This document shows, in pieces, positions 1 through 9,414 of a DNA stretch of 64,000 nucleotides. The position numbers and the translations under genes are program-made. This DNA is from a bacterium (GTDB taxonomy: Bacteria; Pseudomonadota; Alphaproteobacteria; Rhizobiales; JAKIUO01). Each line of letters begins with the position of its first letter. Within the stretch, counting starts at the first letter, position 1. The notes beneath the pieces are model-generated. The model did not search any database. It was not told where the DNA came from and saw only the letters and a program-made list of their open reading frames with translations. The stretch spans positions 34,211-98,210 of the forward strand of contig JAAETJ010000996.1 in NCBI GenBank assembly GCA_024228495.1. The letters run 5' to 3'.

Positions 1-992
1 CGGCACAAGATGCGCTGTCTGAAATTATGTGTGAGCTTGAGCAAGGCAGCTATTGCAAGTTGACGTCTTGTGGGCTGTTGGCAATCACTGGCACACTGCT
101 GTCTCTTGTGAAGGCAGGGGATCATATTCTGGTACCAGATTGCGTATTTTTCCCCACGCGCCATTTTTGCGACCTGACGCTAAAGGTGTTGGGCATTGAG
201 ATTACTTATTATGACCCCCTTATTGGAGCGGGCATTGGCGCACTTATTCGCCCCGAGACAACTGTGATTTATACCGAGTCACCCGGTTCTGATACGTTTG
301 ATATTCAAAATATCCCTGCTATTGCCGCCGAGGCACAAAAACACAATATTTTCGTGATGATGGATAATACTTGGGCCACGCCGCTGTATTACAAGCCTCT
401 GACACAAGGGGTTGATATATCTATTCACTCGGCCACGAAATATATCACAGGTCATTCTGACGCGTTGCTGGGTATTGTGGTTGCCAATGAGCGGGGTGCC
501 AAAAAATTGAAGCGCGCACAAAGTTCCATGGGATTATGCCCAGGCTCGGAAGAGGTGTTTTCGGCTCTCAAGGGTTTGCGGACTCTGGAGCTTCGCTTGC
601 ACCAGCATCAAAAAACTGCATTGCAGCTGGCTACGTGGCTGGAAACGCGCGATGAGGTAGATGAGGTCTTTCACCCTGCACTGCCATCATTTGCCGGGCA
701 TGACCTCTGGAAGAGGGATTTTACGGGATCTTCGGGGCTATTTTCTATTGTTCTCAAACGATGTTCTGACGAGGCGCTGGCAGCGATGGTGGATCATCTC
801 AAATTGTTTGGTATTGGCTGGTCGTGGGGAGGCTATGAAAGTCTGATCGTACTGTTAAACGCCAAGGGTGCTCGCACAGCCACCAACTGGCAACCCAATG
901 GACCGTTTCTTCGTATTCATGCAGGGCTTGAAGATGCTGAGGATTTGAAAAATGACCTAACAAAAGGGTTTGTCAGACTAAACGCGTCTTAG
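1..992 (+). CDS. metC: Cys/Met-metabolism PLP enzyme, best fit cystathionine beta-lyase; N-terminus lies outside the window
   Basis: The frame is open from the window edge to TAG at 990-992. It carries the PLP-lysine motif SATKYITGHSD and the C-terminal LRIHAGLED typical of the trans-sulfuration PLP family. Confidence 0.8.
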   Translation, partial: AQDALSEIMCELEQGSYCKLTSCGLLAITGTLLSLVKAGDHILVPDCVFFPTRHFCDLTLKVLGIEITYYDPLIGAGIGALIRPETTVIYTESPGSDTFDIQNIPAIAAEAQKHNIFVMMDNTWATPLYYKPLTQGVDISIHSATKYITGHSDALLGIVVANERGAKKLKRAQSSMGLCPGSEEVFSALKGLRTLELRLHQHQKTALQLATWLETRDEVDEVFHPALPSFAGHDLWKRDFTGSSGLFSIVLKRCSDEALAAMVDHLKLFGIGWSWGGYESLIVLLNAKGARTATNWQPNGPFLRIHAGLEDAEDLKNDLTKGFVRLNAS

Positions 993-1238
993 CTACCAGC
1001 GATATTCTATTTTGTCGCCATAGATATCGTCATCGTCATCGCCGTTACTCTCGCGCTCGAAAGGTGCTGGGCCTGAGCGGGTCGGGAGAAAAATCAAGAT
1101 GAAGACCAACGGGGGCAAGAACATGCACATGATCCCCCACAGGAGCCAGGTACGGTTCTTTCTATGGGCGAGTGCCGTGGCAATTGTTGCGCTTATCAGA
1201 GAGACAACCAGAATTATGGTGAAAATCGCTAGTGTCAT
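993..1238 (-). CDS. Small hypothetical membrane protein with two predicted TM helices and an acidic tail
   Basis: 81-aa ORF with hydrophobic stretches IFTIILVVSLISATIATAL and LLWGIMCMFLPPLVFILIFL, followed by NGDDDDDIYGD. No family recognised. Confidence 0.4.
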   Translation of the reverse strand: MTLAIFTIILVVSLISATIATALAHRKNRTWLLWGIMCMFLPPLVFILIFLPTRSGPAPFERESNGDDDDDIYGDKIEYRW

Positions 1239-1295
1239 TTTGTTCGATTATATCCTTGCTTGCGAGTTTAGCTGAACTGTATAGTTGGTTTTTTT

Positions 1296-2144
1296 CTAGC
1301 GATAATCAAGACCAAAGTCGAAAATCGGAGCTGAATGGGTGAGCGCTCCAACGGAGATCAGGTCGACCCCCGTTTGAGCAATTTTTTTCACTGTTTGTAA
1401 ATTGATGCCACCAGAAGCCTCCGTAATAGCGCGACCATCGACGAGTGCTACAGCTTTTTCGAGTTGAGCTGGTTTCATATTGTCGAGCAAAACGGCATCA
1501 ACCTTGTAGTTCATGACGGTTTCTAGCTGCGCTAATGTATCAACTTCAATCTCAATGCGGACCATGTGACTGGCCAGTTTTTTTACCCGTTCCAACACCT
1601 GTTTGATGCCCCCGGCGCTGGCAATGTGATTGTCTTTAATGAGCACCGCCTGATCAAGCCCATAGCGATGGTTCCGGCCACCACCGGCGCGCACAGCATA
1701 TTTTTGAAAAGCCCTCAGACCGGGCAAGGTCTTGCGCGTGCAGCATATGGCGGCATTTGTTCCTTTGGTTTGTTGAACAAATTTTTGGGTCAGACTGGCC
1801 ACACCGCTAAGGTGGCACAAGTAATTAAGCGCCACTCGTTCTGCGGCAAGAGTAGCCCGACTATTGCCCTTGATAGCAAGCACCACATCTCCTGCTTTCA
1901 CCTTGTCGCCATCGCTCATTTTCTTAGCCAGTTTGATCTTCGGATCGAGCGCTTTGAAGGTGGCTAGAGCCAAAGGCATGCCTGCAACGGTGCCCGCTTC
2001 TCTGGCAGTAATGCTACAGGATATGATTTCATCAGCCTTGAGGACAGCGTTACCGGTAATATCACCGGCCAGTCCAAGATCTTCTTGCAGGGAAGATACA
2101 ATGGCGTTCTGCACGAGGTGATGGGGAAATGTAGCTTCAATCAT
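1296..2144 (-). CDS. nadC: Nicotinate-nucleotide diphosphorylase (quinolinate phosphoribosyltransferase)
   Basis: 282 aa with a full-length QPRTase-like sequence (NYLCHLSGVAS, TRKTLPGLR, GGGRNHR, C-terminal barrel ASGGI...VDLISVGALTHS). Its start overlaps the nadB stop by 4 nt. Confidence 0.95.
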   Translation of the reverse strand: MIEATFPHHLVQNAIVSSLQEDLGLAGDITGNAVLKADEIISCSITAREAGTVAGMPLALATFKALDPKIKLAKKMSDGDKVKAGDVVLAIKGNSRATLAAERVALNYLCHLSGVASLTQKFVQQTKGTNAAICCTRKTLPGLRAFQKYAVRAGGGRNHRYGLDQAVLIKDNHIASAGGIKQVLERVKKLASHMVRIEIEVDTLAQLETVMNYKVDAVLLDNMKPAQLEKAVALVDGRAITEASGGINLQTVKKIAQTGVDLISVGALTHSAPIFDFGLDYR

Positions 2145-3736
2145 TGAGCCTGACCTTTATCAGAATTCAAAATGTTACACGCAGTCTGCTCCGCCTGCTC
2201 AAGAGAAATAAATGATCGGTGCGCCCACTTTATGTCTGTTTGGTCATAGTCGGTGCGGTAATGCCCGCCTCGGCTTTCTTTGCGCATAAAAGCGCTAATT
2301 GTGATGATCCGCGCAGTGGTCAGCATATTTGACAAGGTCAGGTGATCTTGATGTTTATCGGCCATTTGTGTGAGCCGCTCCAGGGCATTTCTGAGTCCCT
2401 TGGCATTGCGTTCAATCCCCACATATCGATCCATCAGCTCACGCATTTCCTTGATGTCTTTACGGTGGGTACTCAAGATGACTGTCTCGATAGTCTCCTC
2501 TATCTCGATTTTCATTTTTTTGTTTTGTTTTGATGAGGTTGAAAAAAGTGAGTTTTTGCCCAGGTCTTCCGCCACACGGCCAGCAAACACGACTGCTTCC
2601 AGGAGCGAGTTCGAGGCCAGCCGGTTGGCGCCGTGTGCGCCCGTTGAGGCGACTTCGCCACATGCCCAAAGGCCATTGAGTGTTGTCCGGCCATAGGCAT
2701 CCGTGTGAATTCCTCCCATATGGAAGTGAGCTGCTGGTGCAACGGGAATAGGCTGTGTGATGGGATCTATGCCAGCGTCGTGACATTTTTTATAGACCGA
2801 GGGGAACAGCTCTTGAAAATCAGCCCCGATGACTTCGCGGCAATCAAGAAATGCACCTCGCCCCTCTCTGTTCTCGTGAAATACTGCTCGCGCCACAATA
2901 TCGCGTGGTGCCAGCTCCCCGTCATCATGCAGCGGTGCCATGAACCGCGTACCGTTCTTGTTAATAAGGGTGGCACCATCTCCGCGCAGGGCTTCTGTCG
3001 CGAGGGGTGCTGGATCCGCATTGGCATTGATTGCAGTTGGGTGGAATTGTACAAACTCAGTGTCTGCTAGTATTGCGCCAGCTTTGGCTGCCATCGCGAG
3101 GGCTTCTCCGTTGGCCTGTTCGGGATTGGTTGTAATCTTGTAAAGAGCGCCGACGCCGCCTGCTGCCAGAACCACATTGCGAGAGCGCAAAAACAGATGT
3201 TGACCTTTGCCCGCCCAACAATGAACTCCCGTTATCGCATTTTTTTTTGTCGCCAGTTTTTTAGCGGTATATCCCTCGATTACCTGGATATTTGGTTTGG
3301 TGCGTACTGCAGAAATCAGTGCTTTCATGATGGCCCAGCCAGCTTTGTCGCCTTTTACGCGGACAACCCGACGGGCACTATGGGCGGCTTCACGAGATAG
3401 AAGCAGATCGCCTTCCAGATTGCGATCAAAAGGCGTGCCATATGAGAGAAGGTCTTGAACCCTCAAAGCGGCCTGGCTTGTCAAAATATGGGCGATATGT
3501 GCGTTGACGATACCTGCCCCCGCCGCAATGGTGTCCATCGCATGTGCGAAAGCGGTGTCACCCTTTTCGATGGCCGCCGCAATGCCGCCTTGAGCCCAGC
3601 TACTCGACGCTCCTTTGCCAAGGGGGGCTGAGGTTACGATGGTCACAGGGGCCGGAGACAGCTTAAGGGCTACGAATAGTCCAGCCAGGCCAGCCCCGAC
3701 GATGACGATTTCATTCTGTTGCCAGTTTGAACTCAC
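2141..3736 (-). CDS. nadB: L-aspartate oxidase
   Basis: 531 aa with the N-terminal FAD fold [10 protein letters not shown], plus HFHMGGI, ANRLASNSLLE and ESRGGHYRTDY, typical of the NadB/succinate dehydrogenase flavoprotein family. Confidence 0.95.
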   Translation of the reverse strand: MSSNWQQNEIVIVGAGLAGLFVALKLSPAPVTIVTSAPLGKGASSSWAQGGIAAAIEKGDTAFAHAMDTIAAGAGIVNAHIAHILTSQAALRVQDLLSYGTPFDRNLEGDLLLSREAAHSARRVVRVKGDKAGWAIMKALISAVRTKPNIQVIEGYTAKKLATKKNAITGVHCWAGKGQHLFLRSRNVVLAAGGVGALYKITTNPEQANGEALAMAAKAGAILADTEFVQFHPTAINANADPAPLATEALRGDGATLINKNGTRFMAPLHDDGELAPRDIVARAVFHENREGRGAFLDCREVIGADFQELFPSVYKKCHDAGIDPITQPIPVAPAAHFHMGGIHTDAYGRTTLNGLWACGEVASTGAHGANRLASNSLLEAVVFAGRVAEDLGKNSLFSTSSKQNKKMKIEIEETIETVILSTHRKDIKEMRELMDRYVGIERNAKGLRNALERLTQMADKHQDHLTLSNMLTTARIITISAFMRKESRGGHYRTDYDQTDIKWAHRSFISLEQAEQTACNILNSDKGQAQ

Positions 3737-3749
3737 CGTTTAGCGCCTC

Positions 3750-4844
3750 TCAATTGTTGAGATTGATCATGCGCTCAATTGGCTTGCGAGCAGCAGCTGC
3801 AATTTCGGGGTCAACACAGACCTCGTCCTTGAGTTCAAGAAGTGTATCCAGAATAACCGGCAAGGTAATGCGTTTCATGTGCGGACACAGATTGCACGGC
3901 CGGATGAACTGCACATCGGGATTTTCAACGGCGATATTATCGCTCATGGAACATTCCGTCACCAGCATGACTTTATCGGGCTGGTTGTCTTGCACCCAAT
4001 CGATCATGCCGGCGGTCGATCCGGAAAAATCAGCTTCTTCGAGAACATCTGGGGGACATTCAGGATGTGCGATGATTTTCATATCCGGTTCTGCATTGCG
4101 GAACGAGCGCATTTGAGGACCAGAGAAACGCTCATGCACCTCACAATGCCCTGCCCATGTCAGAACTTTGACGTCCGTCTGTTTGGCGACGTTTTGGGCA
4201 AGAAACTCGTCAGGGATCAACAAAACCTCAGAACTGTTGTGCTCGTTGGCCATCGCCTCGACGACCTGTACAGCATTGGCTGACGTGCAAGTGATATCAC
4301 ATTGTGCTTTCACATTAGCTGAGGTGTTGATGTAGGTGACAATGGGCACACCTGGGTGTTTCTTACGCAGGTTTTTAACATCTTGCGCCGTAATGCTGTC
4401 CGCTAGTGAACAACCCGCGCGCTGATCAGGTATCAGAACCATCTTGCTGGGATTTAGAATTTTAGAGGTTTCGGCCATGAAATGGACGCCTGCCTGTATA
4501 ATCACATCAGCATCAGACTTGGCAGCTTCACGCGCCAAAGCCAAGCTGTCTCCAGCGAAATCCGCTACGCCATGAAAGATTTCAGGGGTCATATAATTGT
4601 GCGCAAGCAATACCGCGTTGCGCTGAATTTTAAGCTCATTTATGCCTTTGATATAGGGAGCATGAACGCGCCATTCCTGAGGTGTAATGACCTCTTTTAG
4701 CTTTTCATACAGCTCAGCCATTTCCGCTTCTATAGCAGGCGTAAATTCAAGAGATGGCTTTGTCAGGGGTGCGGGTTTGGCGTTGCCACAGCTATTTGCA
4801 CTGTTATCAGTATTCTGTGTTTCCAGACTATTCATATAGGCCAT
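3750..4844 (-). CDS. nadA: Quinolinate synthase
   Basis: 364 aa with NadA-type motifs ([45 protein letters not shown]). It is the first gene of a nadA-nadB-nadC operon. An alternative start four codons downstream is possible. Confidence 0.95.
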   Translation of the reverse strand: MAYMNSLETQNTDNSANSCGNAKPAPLTKPSLEFTPAIEAEMAELYEKLKEVITPQEWRVHAPYIKGINELKIQRNAVLLAHNYMTPEIFHGVADFAGDSLALAREAAKSDADVIIQAGVHFMAETSKILNPSKMVLIPDQRAGCSLADSITAQDVKNLRKKHPGVPIVTYINTSANVKAQCDITCTSANAVQVVEAMANEHNSSEVLLIPDEFLAQNVAKQTDVKVLTWAGHCEVHERFSGPQMRSFRNAEPDMKIIAHPECPPDVLEEADFSGSTAGMIDWVQDNQPDKVMLVTECSMSDNIAVENPDVQFIRPCNLCPHMKRITLPVILDTLLELKDEVCVDPEIAAAARKPIERMINLNN

Positions 4845-4917
4845 GTTACATCATCCTTCATTTAGAATGCACCATTGCATGACAACTTGTTTGGCACTTT
4901 GTCGATCGAACTTACAG

Positions 4918-4938
4918 TAATGCTCAATGTGAGCATAA
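4918..4938. promoter_or_regulatory. Candidate operator upstream of nadABC: palindrome TAATGCTCA-ATG-TGAGCATAA
   Basis: ATGCTCA (4920-4926) and TGAGCAT (4930-4936) are exact reverse complements separated by 3 nt, about 75 bp upstream of the nadA ATG. Confidence 0.4.
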
Positions 4939-5077
4939 ATAAGACCTTAAAATAACCGGCGCAATAACCGGTCTATTTTGATTATCATTACTCTTATTCG
5001 ACGTCTATGGCAATAGTTCAGCTCAAGACGAGAATAAGATAGGCATTTTCGATGCACATTCTGGTGAACAAGACCAG

Positions 5078-5400
5078 TGATTCCGGAGCAAAAAGACCAC
5101 CCATTCCGATCCAATCCGACCACCTAATCGGGAGCATCCCGACCACCTTGAAAAATAGGTTGTGAACGGACGGAAATAGCGTCGCCGGGGAATCGAAACG
5201 AGACCTATTCTCTCACCTTTTGAAAAGGAGGTGGGGGGATGGCCAACGAGAGATTGCCCATGCAGAAAATCAGGGATGTGCTGCGGCTGGATTTTGACGG
5301 TCTGTCGCGGCGTAAGATTGCTCTGTTATTGCAGGTCGGGCGCACGACTGGCAGGCCCCACGCCAACGGCGCTGAAGGTTGTGTAACGTGGAGTGCCTAG
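5078..5400 (+). mobile_element. Truncated left end of an IS21-family insertion sequence: terminal repeats plus an istA 5' fragment
   Basis: A TGATTCCGG-type terminus is followed by three GACCACC direct repeats at 5095, 5118 and 5141, exactly 23 bp apart. This resembles the multiple terminal transposase-binding repeats of IS21-like elements. A GGAGG SD and an IstA-like HTH N-terminus follow. No right end or istB is present. Confidence 0.55.
5239..5400 (+). pseudogene. istA: IS21-family transposase IstA, N-terminal HTH fragment only (53 codons)
   Basis: My own translation gives MANERLPMQKIRDVLRLDFDGLSRRKIALLLQVGRTTGRPHANGAEGCVTWSA*. This resembles the IstA N-terminus (MxKIREVLRL..GLSxRxIA...GVSRxTV) and is too short to be functional. 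It falls below the ORF-track cutoff. Confidence 0.55.
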
Positions 5401-5508
5401 CATGTTCGTCGTCACAAACATGCCAGGCTGGATAGTTCCTGAAATCCATCAAGGCCCTCCAGATTGTTCTGGAAGGCCCCGATATTATCTATTTTCTGGC
5501 AATTGCTT

Positions 5509-7113
5509 CTATTCCACAATATGCAGCTTTGCATCAACACCGTCTTTCTCGCGTTTTGCCATCAGTTTGTTGAGTGCGCTGATATAAGCCTTTGCTGAGG
5601 CGACCATCGTATCCTGATCGGCGCTACGCCCGGTTACGATCCTTCCATCCTCTGACAAGCGGACCATGACTTCGGCCTGTGCATCCGTGCCAGCTGTCAC
5701 GGCGCTTACCTCATAGAGGGCCAAATGGCCGTTGTGATTGACGATTTCCTTGATCGCATTGAAAATACTGTCGACCGGCCCCTCACCCGTTGCTTCCCGG
5801 GTTTCATGATGACCTTCAACTTCAAGCGTGATGGTAGCTTTTTGTGGACCACCCGTCCCCGCTATCACCGTCAGCGCCACGACCTTGATATTCTCATTGG
5901 CTTTGGACACCTGATCATCAACCAGTGCCTCTATATCTTCGTCAAAGACATGCTTTTTGTGATCAGCGAGATTTTTAAAACGCTTAAAGGCATCCTGAAA
6001 ATCATTATCTGGCAACTCGTAGCCCAGATCTTTGAGCTTTTCCTCAAAGGCATGGCGACCGGAATGTTTGCCCATCACCAACGAGCTTTCTTTCAGGCCA
6101 ATGCTATCTGGCGTCATGATCTCATAGGTCTGAGTGTTTTTGAGCATGCCGTCCTGATGGATACCACTTTCATGGGCAAAAGCATTTTTCCCCACGATGG
6201 CCTTGTTAGGCTGCACAGGAAACGCAGTTACCGCCGACACCAGTTTTGAAGCGCGTGTAATAAAGGTTGGATCAATATTGGTCCAGAACGGCAAGACGTC
6301 ATTGCGCGTATTAATGGCCATGACAATTTCTTCAAGCGCAGCATTACCTGCACGCTCCCCCAGACCATTAATAGTACATTCTACCTGGCGCGCACCTGCT
6401 CTGACACCGGCCAGAGAGTTAGCAACAGCCATGCCCAGATCATTGTGGCAATGGGTGGAAAAAATTACATTGTCAGCACCGTCAACACGCTCATGCAGCA
6501 TCTTGATCAGTGCGAACATTTCTTCAGGCACCGTATAGCCAACAGTGTCGGGAATATTGATGGTTCCAGCACCCGCTTTGATCGCCGCTTCCACGCAGCG
6601 ACACAAAAAATCGTGCTCTGTGCGGGTCGCATCTTCTGCCGACCATTCCACATTATCGGTATAGGTACGCGCGTGTGTAACGCTGCTGGTGACCATTTCA
6701 AGTACGTCATCAGCATGCATTTGCAGCTTGTATTTCATATGCACGGGTGAGGTGGAGATAAACGTATGGACACGGGGATTGACCGCATCACGCAGAGCGT
6801 GACCAGCGCGATCAATATCTTTGATCGAAGCTCGGGCCAATCCACAAACCGAAGCGGATTTGACTGTTTTTGCCACCTGTCGTACAGATTCAAAATCACC
6901 AGGTGAGGCAATCGGGAAGCCGGCCTCGATTATATCCACGCCCATTTGATCGAGAATTTCGGCGACCTGGATCTTTTCTTCCAAAGACATGGAAGCACCA
7001 GGCGATTGCTCGCCATCGCGCAAGGTCGTGTCGAAAATGATTACATGATCAGCATCAATCTTGTCAGTTTTGACAGGTTTGACAGGTTTGATATCGGTGT
7101 TGTTTTGTCCCAT
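5509..7113 (-). CDS. leuA: 2-isopropylmalate synthase
   Basis: 534 aa with the HMGL-like catalytic domain (FDTTLRDGEQSPG, HCHNDLGMAVANSLAG) and a C-terminal LeuA allosteric domain. Confidence 0.95.
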   Translation of the reverse strand: MGQNNTDIKPVKPVKTDKIDADHVIIFDTTLRDGEQSPGASMSLEEKIQVAEILDQMGVDIIEAGFPIASPGDFESVRQVAKTVKSASVCGLARASIKDIDRAGHALRDAVNPRVHTFISTSPVHMKYKLQMHADDVLEMVTSSVTHARTYTDNVEWSAEDATRTEHDFLCRCVEAAIKAGAGTINIPDTVGYTVPEEMFALIKMLHERVDGADNVIFSTHCHNDLGMAVANSLAGVRAGARQVECTINGLGERAGNAALEEIVMAINTRNDVLPFWTNIDPTFITRASKLVSAVTAFPVQPNKAIVGKNAFAHESGIHQDGMLKNTQTYEIMTPDSIGLKESSLVMGKHSGRHAFEEKLKDLGYELPDNDFQDAFKRFKNLADHKKHVFDEDIEALVDDQVSKANENIKVVALTVIAGTGGPQKATITLEVEGHHETREATGEGPVDSIFNAIKEIVNHNGHLALYEVSAVTAGTDAQAEVMVRLSEDGRIVTGRSADQDTMVASAKAYISALNKLMAKREKDGVDAKLHIVE

Positions 7114-7225
7114 AAGAAGTAGTCCTTGTTCACGGCCTCGTATAATTATACGTCGGCGCGTTAATTTCGCAATGTCTATGAAGATTTACCCCTAAAGCAT
7201 GCGCCCGCAAACGGACCGCCCCTGC

Positions 7226-7387
7226 TTAGGGGATCATAAGGCGTAGGACCAGGGAGAGTGTGTTCCCAACAGCTTCAGGAGCTAATAACAGGCCAGTGAG
7301 CAACAGCAAAAAGAGCGCAGAAGCACCTTCTTCCAGCAATGTGCTGAATCGAGTTGTCTCAATAGACCCTGTATTTCGATTGCTCAT
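7226..7387 (-). CDS. Candidate Leu-rich leader peptide upstream of leuA (53 codons)
   Basis: My own translation gives MSNRNTGSIETTRFSTLLEEGASALFLLLLTGLLLAPEAVGNTLSLVLRLMIP*, with 15 Leu in 53 residues. Its stop codon is embedded in mutually exclusive hairpins at 7189-7232. It could instead be a small hydrophobic protein. Confidence 0.3.
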   Translation of the reverse strand: MSNRNTGSIETTRFSTLLEEGASALFLLLLTGLLLAPEAVGNTLSLVLRLMIP

Positions 7388-7584
7388 TTATTTCGCCATG
7401 ATCGCCAGTTAACAAAAAACTTTTTCCAGATACTTCTATTTGACCGCAATTTTATTAAACTCTCGTAAATCATACTAACTGAATAGAGTTTATACTTAAC
7501 AATTCGTTTAGACAACAATCCATGCTCTATTGCAAGGCCTGTTAGCAAATAGCATATATCCAACCCGTTCCAACATTGCAAGCT

Positions 7585-9186
7585 TTAGGCAAGCAAGGGC
7601 CAATAGAGGGATGCAAACAGCATGAGGACAATGGTCGACATGACGACCATGCGAATGCCCACAAGCAAGAAATCCGTGGTTTTCAAATATCCCGATGAAT
7701 ATACAATGGTACAGGCCGGAGTGCCGATCACAGTCAGATAAGCAAAGGCGGACGAAACGGCGGTTATAAAACCAAGAATGATCGGGCTTTCACCAGCAGA
7801 TTGGGCTAGTTGCAAAACAATCGGCCCCAGAACAGCAACAGCCGCACCGTTCGACATTGTATTGGTCACGGCCGTGGTCAGCGCCGATAAAGCCACCCAG
7901 AGCGGAATCCCCTGATCGACGCCAATCGGTGTCAGCATATCCTTGAAACTTGTAGCGATCCAGGTAGCAGCACCGGTGTCTTTCATTTGCACACCAAGAG
8001 AAATAGCAGCAGCGTAAAGCAACACGACCCCCCAGTTAACGCCATTATTGACATCATTCCAATGCACCAGGCCAATGATCAAGAAGGCAGCAGCGCCAGC
8101 GATAGCAACTGTCCCAAGTCCGATGGTGTCCGAAAACAGTATCCAGCCAAGGAAGGTCAGAAAGAACACTCCAATGGCGACCCAGTCACCCTGTTTCATG
8201 GGACCTTCATCAACAATCTGCTGGCGAAGTTTTACGACGGCGCGCGACAGATTGGAATATTCAGGTTTGAATGTATAGAGCAGAATCATCGTCACAAACG
8301 GCAATTGCGCCAGGAAGACGGGATAGCAATAGATGATCCAGGTAATGTAATCGATGATATATTTCTGTGTTTCGGGATTGGTTGGGTCGAAGAAAAACTC
8401 TTTCCAATAGCCAATCATGATGGCGTTACGAGCCCCACCAGAGGGCGTACCAATTCCAGCGACAGAACAACCATAAGAGATAGAAAACAACAGCACAGCA
8501 GCTAGATTGCGTACCGCTTTTGGATCATCAGACGTGAGTGTAATAAGGGTAATTGCGACTGGCAGCATCATGGCTGCAACGGTATGTTCGCCAATGACCG
8601 AAGCTAAAATGCCAGAGACCACTGAAATACCAACGGCGATATTAGCGGTTTTGGTACCCGTGACCTTAACGATCAAAAACGCAATACGCTTGTCGAGCTT
8701 TTGTTTTACAACGGCAACAGCCAGCATCAAGGAACCCAAAATAAACAACACACTATCGCTCATTAAAGACTTCGCGACTTTTGTTGAATCAGTCCCCAAC
8801 AACAAGACCTGCCCAACAATAATAAGAAGGGCAACTGTTGGGAGTGGGACAGGTTCGGTGACAAACAAAATAACCGCCATAACAGACATGGCCATGACGA
8901 TTTGACCGTCAGCAGAGAGCCCGGAAACCTGTGGCATGCTTATGATGATCGCACCAACAATCATTGAAATGAAAAACCAGCGTTTTTCACGAAAGAAAAA
9001 ACCAAGACTGCGCAGGGCCGGAAGGCGACCGACATAGTTACGCGTTCCCCTGCCCATGAAGCCAACATTATGTGCAGCGTGCTTGGCAACTTCGGCGGCT
9101 TCGTGCGCTAGATGTTTGGCCTCGGTGTTTGCCCGCTTGGCAATATCCTTGACGCTCTTTTTTATTTTGTCGGAACCTTTTGACAT
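7585..9186 (-). CDS. DASS/SLC13-type anion:cation symporter permease with a charged N-terminal extension
   Basis: Polytopic membrane protein with hairpin-type motifs GIGTPSGGARNA and TNTMSNGAAVA characteristic of DASS/CitT-like permeases. ATG 9186 is preferred (GGAAG 11 nt upstream) over the GTG at 9225. Confidence 0.8.
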   Translation of the reverse strand: MSKGSDKIKKSVKDIAKRANTEAKHLAHEAAEVAKHAAHNVGFMGRGTRNYVGRLPALRSLGFFFREKRWFFISMIVGAIIISMPQVSGLSADGQIVMAMSVMAVILFVTEPVPLPTVALLIIVGQVLLLGTDSTKVAKSLMSDSVLFILGSLMLAVAVVKQKLDKRIAFLIVKVTGTKTANIAVGISVVSGILASVIGEHTVAAMMLPVAITLITLTSDDPKAVRNLAAVLLFSISYGCSVAGIGTPSGGARNAIMIGYWKEFFFDPTNPETQKYIIDYITWIIYCYPVFLAQLPFVTMILLYTFKPEYSNLSRAVVKLRQQIVDEGPMKQGDWVAIGVFFLTFLGWILFSDTIGLGTVAIAGAAAFLIIGLVHWNDVNNGVNWGVVLLYAAAISLGVQMKDTGAATWIATSFKDMLTPIGVDQGIPLWVALSALTTAVTNTMSNGAAVAVLGPIVLQLAQSAGESPIILGFITAVSSAFAYLTVIGTPACTIVYSSGYLKTTDFLLVGIRMVVMSTIVLMLFASLYWPLLA

Positions 9187-9227
9187 GTACCGCTGTACTT
9201 CCGTAATAGCAAGATGGCAAAACACCT

Positions 9228-9244
9228 GAATTCAAACTGAATTC
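9228..9244. promoter_or_regulatory. Perfect palindrome GAATTCA-AAC-TGAATTC in the divergent DASS/trmFO promoter region
   Basis: The 7-bp arms are exact reverse complements with a 3-nt spacer, 42 bp upstream of the transporter ATG. Confidence 0.25.
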
Positions 9245-9414
9245 CAGAGATCTATCTCGATTTTGATTGTTTTTTTGACCTGTTTAGCACACTAAAGCCA
9301 AGAGAACAGAGGCCAAAACCGCACAGGCAATGTGGAAGACAATCTTAGAACAATATATTCGACCCAAAGGCAAATATATTCCGCTACTTGGTCGGTATGA
9401 TTATTGAGGGAATC

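Noticed and set aside
3240-3248. T9 homopolymer (A9 on the coding strand) inside nadB as a possible phase-variation tract
   Set aside because: It encodes Lys-Lys-Asn in frame within an intact essential-pathway gene. There is no evidence of slippage, and tracts of this length occur by chance at this GC content.
7063-7089. Tandem 9-bp repeat GACAGGTTT x2, plus a degenerate third copy
   Set aside because: It lies inside the leuA coding sequence, encoding KPVKPVK in the N-terminal tail. It is a simple in-frame duplication, not a CRISPR array or a regulatory repeat.
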